50,519 nucleotides of DNA from Oligoflexales bacterium (GCA_045106415.1 JBGCEP010000070.1:1-50519), one strand, 5' to 3'; positions 28,811 through 39,204 are shown, counted from the first letter of the stretch. Numbers and translations: made by a program. The notes: generated by a model from the letters alone, not told the origin.

Positions 28811-29779
28811 ATGGATATTAAAGTCGCAAAAAAAAGAGCAGAGCTCTTCCAATGGGTTCGCACTTATTTTCATCAAAAAGACTTCCTTGAAGTAGACACA
28901 CCTATTTTAGTGCCATGCCCTGGCGCTGAAGTGCATATGGAGTACTTTAAAACCGAATGGAAAGACTTTCAAAACACACCACACTCTGTCTGGTTAAGAT
29001 CAAGCCCAGAGCTTCACCTCAAACAAGCGTTAGCAAGTGGTGCTTCAAATGTTTTTGAAATAGCAAAATGTTTTCGAAACCATGGAGAACTCACACGACT
29101 ACATCAACCTGAGTTCACAATGCTTGAATGGTATCAAACAGGTCAGACATATGAAGATATGATTGACTTCACAGAGAAATTTATTCAAGAATGCGCGGCT
29201 TATTTTAACGTCAAGATCCCTAAAATGACGAAATTCACTGTGGCTGAAGCTTTTTTAGAGTTCGCACAAATCGAACTGATCGACCTTGACTCAGGGCTTG
29301 CAGAAAAAGCTGAAAAAGCTGGTGTTGTTTCCGTATCAGCAACAGATGATTTTGAAACAGCCTATTTTAAAACTCTTATTGAAGTCATTGAACCTCAACT
29401 TCACAATCTTGGGAACACGGTTCTGTATCACTTCCCAGCTTCTCAATCTGCATTGGCTGAAATTGAAAATGGAGTAGCAAAACGTTTTGAATTTTACATC
29501 CATGGAGTTGAACTTTGTAATGGCTACCAAGAACTGACTGACTTACAAGCAAACATCAGGCGCTTCAATGACATCAATACACAGCGCTCTAATATAGGAA
29601 AAGATCCCCTTGCCTTTGACCAAAACTTCATCAAAGCTTTGAAAAAAGGGATTTCTGCATGCTGTGGGAACGCACTAGGTCTAGATCGGCTCTTGTCCAT
29701 ACTTCAAGGCAAAAAAGATCTCGACTACGCGATTGCTTATCGTCAGCAAGAACCCTTTCATCACATATGGGATCAATAA
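28811..29779 (+). CDS. epmA: EF-P lysine aminoacylase (EpmA/GenX)
   Basis: FLEVDTP, LRSSPELHLK, CFRN, HQPEFTMLEWY, RFEFYIHGVELCNGYQEL, ALGLDRL. Lacks a LysRS anticodon domain. Confidence 0.9.
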   Translation: MDIKVAKKRAELFQWVRTYFHQKDFLEVDTPILVPCPGAEVHMEYFKTEWKDFQNTPHSVWLRSSPELHLKQALASGASNVFEIAKCFRNHGELTRLHQPEFTMLEWYQTGQTYEDMIDFTEKFIQECAAYFNVKIPKMTKFTVAEAFLEFAQIELIDLDSGLAEKAEKAGVVSVSATDDFETAYFKTLIEVIEPQLHNLGNTVLYHFPASQSALAEIENGVAKRFEFYIHGVELCNGYQELTDLQANIRRFNDINTQRSNIGKDPLAFDQNFIKALKKGISACCGNALGLDRLLSILQGKKDLDYAIAYRQQEPFHHIWDQ

Positions 29780-30900
29780 TTTTTAGGTTTCAAACGGCTC
29801 AATCGGATGAATGTCCCGGGAATATGTGGGTCAAATCGCCCCCAATCTGTTCCTTTTGACGTTGGTAGATCACTCCCGCTTGAGACATCAAGTATAAATT
29901 TATCTAAACCATCTCGAATTTTTGTGACTACTCTCTTCGTTTTTGATGTATATACATTTTTTTGAAACTCACCAACAATATCGCCATTTCGAACATGATA
30001 ATAGCCCAGAATTTGATCAGGAGAAATCTTCCCATATACGTCAACAAGTTTAAGCTTCTGCTTTGGGTCTTGTTGATTTCCTCCACGTTCAACGCCTTGT
30101 GATTGTTTAACCTTGAGCTTAAATACAACTTGTTCAGCAAGTCCTGTTTGACGTGGAGCCCCCCCTTTATCAGCTTCAGACTGTAGAACAGCTGTTACAA
30201 CTTTAAGTGAAGCCGTCGTATATAAATGGGGGTCATTCACCTCGGAATCATAAGTCCCTTCACCTTTTTCGTTCACTTCAAAACGAGGAGCCTCAAAACC
30301 TTTTAGAAGCCGATTTCTCAAAACTCCACTATTAGGTAAATACACACCTTGATAAACAACTTGTCCTTCATTAAGGACCAATCCCGGATCTACTTTGTTC
30401 TCAATTTGTGTTTCATTCGCTGGAGAAGGAAATAATTTAGAAAAAAGGCCATTATTTTGCTTGATGGTTTGTTCTTGCTTTAAAGTCACATCGCTTTTGG
30501 AGTGAGACAATGTTTCCACTGAGGAATGATCTTTCTTTTCGGGAGACACTCTTACAGGCTTCAGCACTGTCGAATCAGAAGCTCGACTCGCATCACCTTG
30601 CTTCACACCAACAGAAGACCCTCGGTTCAAGAGAAGAGACTCTTCTTGATTAATTTCAAAATCCACATCGTTCACTTTGACTAAAAAAACGACATGGTCT
30701 TCCAGGCCACTCATTGCAAGCGAAAGATCCTTCGAAGGCTTGTCTGCCATATCGATAGATAAATACACTAAGTTCTCTGTCTTTGCTTTTTCTTGATCAG
30801 AACTGGGAAATATCGATTTTTCGACATAAGAAGATCTAGACTGCGACCCCCCACAACCGATTACAATCAAAAGTAAAAAAGAAACAAATATGTTTAGCAT
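29773..30900 (-). CDS. Lipoprotein with possible degenerate ADP-ribosyltransferase-like C-terminal domain
   Basis: Lipobox IVIGC from ATG 30900. C-terminal pattern VYQG...KGFEAP...LYTT...GKISPDQILGYY. Confidence 0.6.
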   Translation of the reverse strand: MLNIFVSFLLLIVIGCGGSQSRSSYVEKSIFPSSDQEKAKTENLVYLSIDMADKPSKDLSLAMSGLEDHVVFLVKVNDVDFEINQEESLLLNRGSSVGVKQGDASRASDSTVLKPVRVSPEKKDHSSVETLSHSKSDVTLKQEQTIKQNNGLFSKLFPSPANETQIENKVDPGLVLNEGQVVYQGVYLPNSGVLRNRLLKGFEAPRFEVNEKGEGTYDSEVNDPHLYTTASLKVVTAVLQSEADKGGAPRQTGLAEQVVFKLKVKQSQGVERGGNQQDPKQKLKLVDVYGKISPDQILGYYHVRNGDIVGEFQKNVYTSKTKRVVTKIRDGLDKFILDVSSGSDLPTSKGTDWGRFDPHIPGTFIRLSRLKPKNY

Positions 30901-31101
30901 TTTCAAAAACCAATACAACAAAAAAGTAGATAGCCACTGCAGTCTCATCGGTATAAAATCTAATAAATTAAAGACAATCATGAAAATTATGTGTTTTCAG
31001 ATACTTATCTAAACTTTAATGAACTAAGTTAAGTCATAAGAACGGCAAGAATTCGCTGTCATGTCAAAAACAAACTCATGGGAGCAATGATAGCAGCCAA
31101 C

Positions 31102-31138
31102 CAGCTCGCGCATAAAAATTTCCTTTACGCGCGAGCTG
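31102..31138. other. GC-rich intergenic hairpin
   Basis: CAGCTCGCGC-N17-GCGCGAGCTG, 10-bp perfect stem that can be extended inward. Confidence 0.5.
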
Positions 31139-31181
31139 TGATAGAAGAGCCAAATCTACGGCACTAAGAAGGCATAAACAC

Positions 31182-31565
31182 ATGAACGACTTTATTCAAC
31201 AGGCACAAACAATTCATAAAAAATTCGTACAAGAAAGGGATTGGGAGCAGTTTCATACTCCTAAGAATCTCACTATGGCTCTTTCTGTTGAGGTCTCAGA
31301 ATTGATGGAGAATTTCCAATGGGTTTCTGACTCTCAGGCTTCACACATCTCTACTCCAGAAACTCAACAAAACATCAAAGAAGAAATCGCTGACATCTTC
31401 TGCTACCTCGTACGACTCGCTGACGTTCTCGATATTAATATTCAAGAAGCTTTCATGGAAAAAATGGAACTCAACCGAAAAAAATACCCTATTGAGTTAG
31501 CAAAAGGCCGCATGACGAAATATACAAGGCTCACTCAAGACTCAGCAAGCTTTGAAATAAATTGA
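31182..31565 (+). CDS. MazG-like nucleotide pyrophosphohydrolase (dCTP pyrophosphatase-like)
   Basis: ERDWEQFHTPKNL...EVSELME.FQW...EEIAD...KYP. Confidence 0.9.
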   Translation: MNDFIQQAQTIHKKFVQERDWEQFHTPKNLTMALSVEVSELMENFQWVSDSQASHISTPETQQNIKEEIADIFCYLVRLADVLDINIQEAFMEKMELNRKKYPIELAKGRMTKYTRLTQDSASFEIN

Positions 31566-32047
31566 AACTCTTCTTTCAGACACGGCTGGATGGAAAGCCG
31601 CTGCCCCTTTTGGATCAACAGCATATCAGAAAGCTCGGAGTAGCTCTTTATCTGCTCCAGAGTCACTATTTTTGAAAATTTTTTCTCAAACTGAATTTGA
31701 ACCATAAACCATCGTGGGTTTTCTTTTGTGTGCTTAGAGTCATAGTATTTGCTTTTTTTATCGAGAGCCGTGTCATCGGGAACCACTGAGGCAACAACTT
31801 TCGCAAGACCAACAACCCCTGGAGGCTGCGTTGAAGAGTGATAAAATAACACTTGATCACCAATCTCCATATTTTTCATCATAAAGTTACGAGCTTGATA
31901 GTTACGTATCCCATCCCAATAGGATCGTTTCTCTTTCTTCAAATCATCAATGCTATATGCGTCAGGCTCTGATTTCATGACCCAATACGCAGGTCTTTCT
32001 TGGGTTGTGACCTCTAAAACCTCTTTCGCCGTTGTCCTTTTCTCCAT
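31535..32047 (-). CDS. EVE domain protein
   Basis: YWVMKSEP, WDGIRNYQARN, FYHS, RLSIQP. Confidence 0.93.
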   Translation of the reverse strand: MEKRTTAKEVLEVTTQERPAYWVMKSEPDAYSIDDLKKEKRSYWDGIRNYQARNFMMKNMEIGDQVLFYHSSTQPPGVVGLAKVVASVVPDDTALDKKSKYYDSKHTKENPRWFMVQIQFEKKFSKIVTLEQIKSYSELSDMLLIQKGQRLSIQPCLKEEFQFISKLAES

Positions 32048-32140
32048 AAAACTCTCCTTAAGGTGACGAAAACAAAACTATTCCTCGACGCCGAAGGGAA
32101 ACACGTTTACAATCCGAGCTCCATTTTATGGGGAGGAACC

Positions 32141-33169
32141 GTGCAAAATCCTTGGGGCGACGAACAAACTCAATATTTCTATGAACTCACACCTGATAAA
32201 ATCTTCCAAGCTTTTGATTCTATTGGCTTACGTTCGACAGGTCGTTGTTCGACCATGTTTAGTATGGAGAATCGCGTTTATGATGTCGAGCTGCAATTGC
32301 CGGACACCCCTAAGCATAGATGGGAACACCATAGAATTGTCAAATTCTATCGCCCCGGCCGCTGGAGCCAGGAACAGATCCAGGAAGAGCATGATTTCTT
32401 AAACGACCTCTGTGAAGCTGAAGTACCAGTTATTGCTCCCTTAGCTCTTTCAGACAACCAAACTCTTGTAAAAGACTCTGCAACGGAACTTTTCTTTACT
32501 TTATTCCCGAGGGTTGGAGGTCGAACTCCTGATGAGTTCTCACTAGAGCAAATTCCTCAGGTTGCACGATTCATGGCTCGCATGCATGCTGTGGGATCAA
32601 AAAAAACTGCGCTCCACCGCATGTCAATCACACCTGAAACCTATGGACTCAATCACTTAGACACCCTTTTAAGTGGCCGTTTTATGCCAAACGACCTTCA
32701 TGCTGAATACAAAGCAACCGTTGAAAGCATATGTCAAATGACAGCACCTTGGTTTGAAGAGACAACCTTTCAGAGAATTCATGGCGACTGCCACAAAGGC
32801 AATATTCTAATGACACCTGAAGGCGCAACATGGCTCGACTTTGACGACATGCTCATGGGACCTTGCGTACAAGACATGTGGCTTCTCATTCCAGGATTTG
32901 AAAAACCTGGAATCATAAGAGACACGTTTTTAGAAGCTTATGAGAGCATGTTTAACTTTGACTATAAAAGCCTTCGTCTTATCGAGCCTTTAAGGGCTTT
33001 ACGTTATATTCATTTTAGTTCATGGATTGCTAAAAGATGGGACGATCCTGTTTTCCCTGCAACCTTTCCTCATTTTAATGAGCGTGGTTATTGGGTTGAG
33101 CAGCTGAACGACCTTAAGGAGCAACTCCATTTGATAGAACAGATCGCAAAAGGACCTTCACACTTATGA
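32141..33169 (+). CDS. srkA: Stress response kinase SrkA/RdoA (YihE)
   Basis: SMENRVY, KFYRPGRWS, EEHDF, RIHGDCHKGN, DFDD, QDMW, ARRW-like AKRWDDP. GTG 32141 after GGAGG. Confidence 0.9.
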   Translation: MQNPWGDEQTQYFYELTPDKIFQAFDSIGLRSTGRCSTMFSMENRVYDVELQLPDTPKHRWEHHRIVKFYRPGRWSQEQIQEEHDFLNDLCEAEVPVIAPLALSDNQTLVKDSATELFFTLFPRVGGRTPDEFSLEQIPQVARFMARMHAVGSKKTALHRMSITPETYGLNHLDTLLSGRFMPNDLHAEYKATVESICQMTAPWFEETTFQRIHGDCHKGNILMTPEGATWLDFDDMLMGPCVQDMWLLIPGFEKPGIIRDTFLEAYESMFNFDYKSLRLIEPLRALRYIHFSSWIAKRWDDPVFPATFPHFNERGYWVEQLNDLKEQLHLIEQIAKGPSHL

Positions 33170-34437
33170 ATCAAGGCTGGAAACATCGTTCGGGCTTTCT
33201 TCTTGCTGCTGCTGGGTCGGCTATTGGCCTAGGTAACTTATGGAAGTTTCCGTTTATTGTTGGACAATCAGGTGGAGGAGCTTTTCTAGGCTTTTACTTA
33301 TTATGCGTTCTCCTTGTAGGATGGCCTGCTCTCTACGCTGCTGTATCCCTAGGGCATCGAAGTCGCCAGTGCGCATGGGCTACACTTGAAGAATTTCCTC
33401 AAGGTGTATGGATTGCTCGCATCAGCTTTCTGGCTTGTAATCTTGTCCCAGCTTTTTATTCAGTCGTTGGAGGCTGGATTTTAGGAGTGTTTTGGGAATG
33501 GCTATCCATGCTCCCTAAAGTTCCCCTTCACCCAACTAAGACACAAATTCTTATTTCAAAAAGCTGGTTTTATTGCTCAAACTGGCAATTTTGCTTTCTC
33601 CTACTGTCTTCTCTCCTTGTTCTTTGCGGTGTTCAAAAAGGTATAGAGAGAGGCAATCGCATCATGATGCCTATTCTGTTTGTTTTACTGACATCTCTTC
33701 TCACCTATAGTCTCACCTTATCTGGCGCAAATAAAGCCATCGCTTTTCTATTTTCTTGTGATTTTTCAAAGCTCACACCCAAAGCTATGATGGATGGTTT
33801 AGGTCATTCATTTTTTACACTGAGTGTCGGCTGTGGAAGCATGATCACTTTTGGAAGCTATTTACCGAAAGAAGCAAAAATAGCTAAATCTTGCGCATCT
33901 GTTGTTGTTATGGACACAGTCATAGCTGTGATGGCTAGTCTTCTTATTTTTTGTTGTGTCTTTTCTTTTGAAGGACAAGTTCAAGCAGGCCCAACTTTAT
34001 TATTTCAAACTCTTCCGAAACTGTTTAGCTCGATGACTCACGGATCTTTTATTGGAACTTGTTTTTTCTTACTTGTTTCACTCACTGCGATCACATCTAT
34101 GATTTCATTACTCGAAGTTTTAGTTGCCAATTGGATGTATCGAAAAAAATGCTCTAGGGAAAAAGCAATGCTTATTTCTCTTGGGTGGGTCACTCCTTTG
34201 GCTATTATCAGTAATTTTTCTTGGAATGTATTCTGGAATGTCAAAATTTTTTCAAAACCTATTTTCCATTTTTTAGACTTCATAACAGCTTCTTATCTGA
34301 TGCCTATATCAGGAATTTCTTTCATTCTTTTTTACGGGTGGCATGTCGCACCTCCAGGGCTCATCAGATGGTTATGCAGAATCATAACTCCCGGTCTTTT
34401 AGTTTTAAGTTTAACAGCATCATGGCTGCTCTCTTAG
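33166..34437 (+). CDS. Sodium-dependent transporter, NSS/SNF family (copy 1)
   Basis: GFLLAAAGSAIGLGNLWKFP, GGGAF, GHSFFTLSVG. Confidence 0.92.
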   Translation: MNQGWKHRSGFLLAAAGSAIGLGNLWKFPFIVGQSGGGAFLGFYLLCVLLVGWPALYAAVSLGHRSRQCAWATLEEFPQGVWIARISFLACNLVPAFYSVVGGWILGVFWEWLSMLPKVPLHPTKTQILISKSWFYCSNWQFCFLLLSSLLVLCGVQKGIERGNRIMMPILFVLLTSLLTYSLTLSGANKAIAFLFSCDFSKLTPKAMMDGLGHSFFTLSVGCGSMITFGSYLPKEAKIAKSCASVVVMDTVIAVMASLLIFCCVFSFEGQVQAGPTLLFQTLPKLFSSMTHGSFIGTCFFLLVSLTAITSMISLLEVLVANWMYRKKCSREKAMLISLGWVTPLAIISNFSWNVFWNVKIFSKPIFHFLDFITASYLMPISGISFILFYGWHVAPPGLIRWLCRIITPGLLVLSLTASWLLS

Positions 34438-34448
34438 GTTTTTAAATT

Positions 34449-35723
34449 ATGGCTCATTGGAAACATCGATCAGGTTTTATTCTTGCTGCAGCAGGATCCG
34501 CTGTTGGATTAGGTAACCTATGGAAATTCCCTTATGTAGTAGGCACGCATGGAGGCGGAGCTTTTGTTCTTCTCTACCTAGCTTGCGTCTGTCTTCTTGG
34601 AGTCCCAGCTCTGAGCTCTGAGGTTACAATAGGACACAAAAGTCAAAAAACTCTTTGGCCTACCCTCGGAGAGTTCCAAGGCGGGAATATGCTGGCCGCT
34701 CTTGCCTTTATTGCATGTACTTTTATACCCGCTTTTTACTCCGTAATCGGAGGCTGGATACTCGGTTTTCTGTCATCATCTTTTACCGGAGATCTTAGCC
34801 AAAATATCGAGTACACAAAACAATTTCAAAAACAACTCAGCACATCTTTTATTGGAAGCTTTTTTTGGCAGAGTTCATTCCTTATATCTAGCTTTGGCAT
34901 TGTGGCTTTTGGCGTCCAAAACGGCATAGAAAAAGCCAGTAAAATCATGATGCCTATTCTTCTCTTCCTTTTGTTGTGTTTACTCATCTTGAGCTCAACT
35001 ATGGAGGGATTCAAAGAAGCTATCATGTTTTTATTTGAACCTCGCTTCGACAGACTCACTTCCTTAGGCGTCTATGAAGCTCTTGGACACTCTTTTTTCA
35101 CATTAAGCGTCGGCTGCGGCGTAATGCTAACTTACGGAAGTTATATACCGAAACAAAACGACATTTTAAAGTCCGTCTTAGCAGTCATCATCATGGATAC
35201 AACAATTGCTCTATGCGCTGGATGTATTATCTTCACCTGTGTTTTTTCATACAACATCCCGCCTGAATCAGGACCAGGTCTCTTATTTGAAACTTTACCT
35301 GTCTTGTTTACCCACATGCCTATGGGCCGGTGGATAGCTACAAGCTTTTTTATCTTGGTCGCGATTACCGCCTTCACATCAATGATTTCTCTACTTGAAG
35401 TCCTCATCACTTCTTTTGTTTACTTCACGAAATCAAATCGAAAAAAATCGCTGCTTTACAGCTACCTTTGGCTACTTCCCTTTGCGACAGCAGCAAATCT
35501 TTCTTGGAATATATGGTCGCATCACAGCTTCTTCGGGTTTAACTCATTTTCTTTTATGGACTTTATAGCATCCAATATCTTACTTCCTACAGGCGGTGTC
35601 GCTTTTTTATTACTTTATGGTTGGGTATTAAAGCCAAAAGGAGTCATTGGATTCTTAAGTCGGTATGTCTCACCATTTACACTCCTCATAATTTGGATGC
35701 TATCTTGGGTGTTTAGAAACTAA
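34449..35723 (+). CDS. Sodium-dependent transporter, NSS/SNF family (copy 2)
   Basis: GFILAAAGSAVGLGNLWKFP, GGGAF, GHSFFTLSVG. Confidence 0.92.
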   Translation: MAHWKHRSGFILAAAGSAVGLGNLWKFPYVVGTHGGGAFVLLYLACVCLLGVPALSSEVTIGHKSQKTLWPTLGEFQGGNMLAALAFIACTFIPAFYSVIGGWILGFLSSSFTGDLSQNIEYTKQFQKQLSTSFIGSFFWQSSFLISSFGIVAFGVQNGIEKASKIMMPILLFLLLCLLILSSTMEGFKEAIMFLFEPRFDRLTSLGVYEALGHSFFTLSVGCGVMLTYGSYIPKQNDILKSVLAVIIMDTTIALCAGCIIFTCVFSYNIPPESGPGLLFETLPVLFTHMPMGRWIATSFFILVAITAFTSMISLLEVLITSFVYFTKSNRKKSLLYSYLWLLPFATAANLSWNIWSHHSFFGFNSFSFMDFIASNILLPTGGVAFLLLYGWVLKPKGVIGFLSRYVSPFTLLIIWMLSWVFRN

Positions 35724-35851
35724 AATCACACCGCTCACAATAACTTTTAACACCCATGGCATAGTTTTTATCAACATCAACCACAGCATATTAAAAATAA
35801 TTTAATTTTCCTCTAAACAGTCACTATAACTTATGAGCGTTTACGCAAAAC

Positions 35852-37141
35852 TCACGTCGGTCTCACTTTAGGAGAAACTGAAGTGATCTTCTCACCTTGA
35901 TAATTGCGATTTCCCTGCACAACCTCACAAACCAGCGAATCCCAAGAAGCCTCTATTTGCTCCCAAACATAGTGCTGTTGAACATACCTATAACCATTCT
36001 CACCTAACAATTTAACTTCTTCTGGAGAGCAAAGAAGGTGGTGCAAATGATTAATAAAAGACTCCGTTGTGTCATACACCATTCCACCTTGACTTCTTTC
36101 ACACTGCCCCACCAGCACTTCACACGCTCTGGTCACAAGACAAGGTGTTTTCACACTCCAGGCCTCAAGCAACACAATAGACAAACTCTCAAAAGCAGAA
36201 GGCATAATCAAAATTTCAGCTGCAGCCATAGCATCAATCTTGCATTGTTCGTCAACAAATCCCAGTGGGATAATATCCTCAAATTTTGGTAACGACCAAA
36301 ATTCTTTCCCTATCACAACAAGTTTTAGGTCACTAGGGTATTTCTTTTTATATTCTACAAAATGATGCACCATATCAGGGCACCCTTTTTGTTCCTCGAC
36401 TCTTCCAACATAAAGCACAAAAGAAGCAAGAATACCTGTTTGAGAACGAAATCTTTTTCCATCAGCATCCTCGGGGATCTCGGTACCTAAACTCGCGATC
36501 ACATCTCTTTTTTGTGTTAAACAAACCCGTTGTTCCACGAGTATCTTCTCTTCTGGGGTTAAAAAAATAAAATTTTCAGTATCTTGAAAAGTTTGATCAT
36601 AAACATTTAAACGATAAGCCACATCATCATGAGCCATTGGGAGAACAATCGATTTATGCCTCACAGCCGGAAGACTGTACCAAGTTGTTGCATACGTATA
36701 TGTAAAAAATACAAAAATATCATATTCTTTCTCATGCTTACGAATATAAGATTGTAACGAGAGAGAATACGGTCCCTGTAGCAACATCCAAACACGCTCC
36801 ACCAGCCACTGAAAACCAGTTTTTTGATATATTTTGTGAAGCAAACGCCAGCCTCGCCCTCTCAAACGAGCTTGTTCTGTCATCGCAACAAAATCATAAC
36901 ACCTTGAAAACAACCAAGGGTTTCGTTTAAAAGTCACAGGGAAACGCTTTAATGTCACTCCATTTAAACGGGACACACCGCCTTGGTACTCATCTTGCCA
37001 TGTCATATAGTCTTGTGCACACGTGGTCAAAACATCAATATCCCACAATGAAGAAAAACGCTCTGCAAGTCTTCTGCATAAAAGTTCTGCGCCTCCGTTC
37101 ACTTCTGATCCGTATCTTTGTACAACAAAAGCTATTTTCAT
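35852..37141 (-). CDS. Glycosyltransferase family 4
   Basis: MKIAFVVQRYG.EVNGGAE, LYVGRVE..KG, PSAFESLSIVLLEAW. Confidence 0.9.
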   Translation of the reverse strand: MKIAFVVQRYGSEVNGGAELLCRRLAERFSSLWDIDVLTTCAQDYMTWQDEYQGGVSRLNGVTLKRFPVTFKRNPWLFSRCYDFVAMTEQARLRGRGWRLLHKIYQKTGFQWLVERVWMLLQGPYSLSLQSYIRKHEKEYDIFVFFTYTYATTWYSLPAVRHKSIVLPMAHDDVAYRLNVYDQTFQDTENFIFLTPEEKILVEQRVCLTQKRDVIASLGTEIPEDADGKRFRSQTGILASFVLYVGRVEEQKGCPDMVHHFVEYKKKYPSDLKLVVIGKEFWSLPKFEDIIPLGFVDEQCKIDAMAAAEILIMPSAFESLSIVLLEAWSVKTPCLVTRACEVLVGQCERSQGGMVYDTTESFINHLHHLLCSPEEVKLLGENGYRYVQQHYVWEQIEASWDSLVCEVVQGNRNYQGEKITSVSPKVRPT

Positions 37142-37289
37142 TGCAGGCTCCTAAGGTTTCTATGTAAGATCATTCTTATCAGTTTGTATCAATGAATAGA
37201 GTCATGACGCAATCCATCATCCAATCGATGATATGATCATTATGAATGATTTCACTTCATCTTCATAAACCCAAAGAGGAGACTGTAAG

Positions 37290-38333
37290 ATGGGATTACA
37301 TCACACTCGCTCATGCACAGAGTGCGGAACAGAGTTCAACGGGCGTGAAGATTATCTCCTCTATGGTACACGATGGCGCCTCTCATCAAATCAAATCCTT
37401 TGGTTTGATTGCCATTGCGGAAACACATTACAACTCCCAGCAGGGGAAGCCAGCTGGTTCTCACCAAGTTTATTTATGTCGGAAGAAACATCAAAGGTTT
37501 ATTCTTCCATCGGCGCTAGCCTAAAATTGCCAAGAATCTCACCCCAGATCCTTCAACTCCAGCAAAACATTCGCAACCCCAACACCGACGCTTCACATAT
37601 TGCTGAAATTTTAAAAAAAGACCCTCTTATCAGCGCCAGAGTCATACAACTAGCTAATAATTTAAGCCCTCAGGCATCAATCCAGACCCTCCACCATGCT
37701 ATAGGGTACGTTGGAAGAGACTTATTAAGTGAGTTCATTACAACTTCTTTTCTCAAACAAATACCTTTCAACACGCAAATATATCGTCCTCGTCAATTTT
37801 GGGAAGAGTCTTGTCTTAAAGCACACATCACTCAGCGGCTCATGAGTGAGTTCGGGGAAGATATAACACAAGATCCCTGGCTTTTTGGAAGCTTGAAAGA
37901 TATAGGAAGACTTGTTGGCTCTGTTCTCATTCCTGATAAAATCGATGAGATCAGCAGTAAAATCAAAGACCCTAAAACACAAAACCGATGGGATTACATT
38001 GAAACATCCTTAGGGGTTCCCTCACAAAAAGCTTTAGGAGAAATAGGAACTATCATCTGGGGGCTGCCAGAGCTTTTAAAATCCGCTCTTCTTTTTAATC
38101 CAGATTTCAAAAGAACTCACCAAAAACTCAACCTAGAAGAAGCCATTGCTATCGCAAACGAAGCGGCTTACTGGCTTCTACTTGAACCTCACCGCGTCAA
38201 TATGCAAATCATGCAGTGGGGCTTAAAACGTATAAATATGGATGAAGATCATTTTATCGTTTGGTTGAAAAAAAACCCTAACCTTATAACCCTATCAAAA
38301 GAAGAAGCTCTACAGGCAACAGCAACATCATAA
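37290..38333 (+). CDS. HDOD domain protein with N-terminal Cys-pair (Zn ribbon-like) region
   Basis: CTECG...CHCG; LPRIS...DPLISARVIQLAN...AIGYVG...LKDIGRL. Confidence 0.85.
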   Translation: MGLHHTRSCTECGTEFNGREDYLLYGTRWRLSSNQILWFDCHCGNTLQLPAGEASWFSPSLFMSEETSKVYSSIGASLKLPRISPQILQLQQNIRNPNTDASHIAEILKKDPLISARVIQLANNLSPQASIQTLHHAIGYVGRDLLSEFITTSFLKQIPFNTQIYRPRQFWEESCLKAHITQRLMSEFGEDITQDPWLFGSLKDIGRLVGSVLIPDKIDEISSKIKDPKTQNRWDYIETSLGVPSQKALGEIGTIIWGLPELLKSALLFNPDFKRTHQKLNLEEAIAIANEAAYWLLLEPHRVNMQIMQWGLKRINMDEDHFIVWLKKNPNLITLSKEEALQATATS

Positions 38334-38358
38334 AAAAACGACTGCCTTTTTTCAAAAT

Positions 38359-39204
38359 TCACAACACAAAAAAGAAGTATATCCACACACCATGCATACC
38401 CAAGACAAGGCTTATAAAAAGACCTATCGACAACTGTTGTTTTATATTGGCAGTGGAAGACAAAAGTCCAACACTAGAAAACAATGTACACAATGATAAA
38501 AAAAGACAGCTCCTCCCCTCAAGAAAACCAAACCACAGGGCAACACACCAAGCTGCTATAGCCACCATACACAACCTAAACACCGTCTTCTTTGGCCCCA
38601 GCCTCACCGCAATAGCATTTTTATCAGCGACAGTATCTCCTTCAACATCAGGAAGCGTCGTAACACAAGCTAAAGAGTAATGAAGTGGAAGCAACACTGA
38701 CAACCACTCACCATGAAACAGTCGCCAATCTTTCAAAAAGCTCCAACCTATTATAGGGAGCACACCTCCCATTCCTAGGGCTTGCAACCACTCTCCGTAA
38801 CCTCTATACGACATCTGAAATGGCTTTAAGCAATAAAGAGCTAAGAGTACGTAGCCCACAACAGCCAAGACAACAACAGAGTGTCCCACTGCATTCGCTG
38901 TCCACATAGAGAGAAAAAACATCACTAAAACTGCAATATATATCGATTTTTTTGTCAATTTTCTTTCAACAAGAACACGAGAACCACCCGAAAAACACGT
39001 AGGGTGAGGATTTATTGTATCGGCCTCTACATCCACTAAGTCATTCACACAAACCGTCACAAAATGAAAACAAAATCCAAACAGCATAAGTTGAGATAAA
39101 GAAACAGTGCTCCCTGCTCCAGCCAAAAACCAGCCAAAAAAGAGAGGTATCAAAATATAAAGCTGGGAAGGAGGCCTAGACAGTTGAAGCCAATCACGCA
39201 TCAT
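38359..39204 (-). CDS. UbiA-family prenyltransferase (MenA-like)
   Basis: NDLVDVEAD, FSGGSRVL, PDVEGD...K, multiple TM segments. Confidence 0.85.
   Translation of the reverse strand: MMRDWLQLSRPPSQLYILIPLFFGWFLAGAGSTVSLSQLMLFGFCFHFVTVCVNDLVDVEADTINPHPTCFSGGSRVLVERKLTKKSIYIAVLVMFFLSMWTANAVGHSVVVLAVVGYVLLALYCLKPFQMSYRGYGEWLQALGMGGVLPIIGWSFLKDWRLFHGEWLSVLLPLHYSLACVTTLPDVEGDTVADKNAIAVRLGPKKTVFRLCMVAIAAWCVALWFGFLEGRSCLFLSLCTLFSSVGLLSSTANIKQQLSIGLFISLVLGMHGVWIYFFFVL

Noticed and set aside
31182..32047. MazG-like plus EVE as a defence or toxin-antitoxin module
   Set aside because: The genes are convergent rather than co-transcribed, and both look like widespread housekeeping forms.
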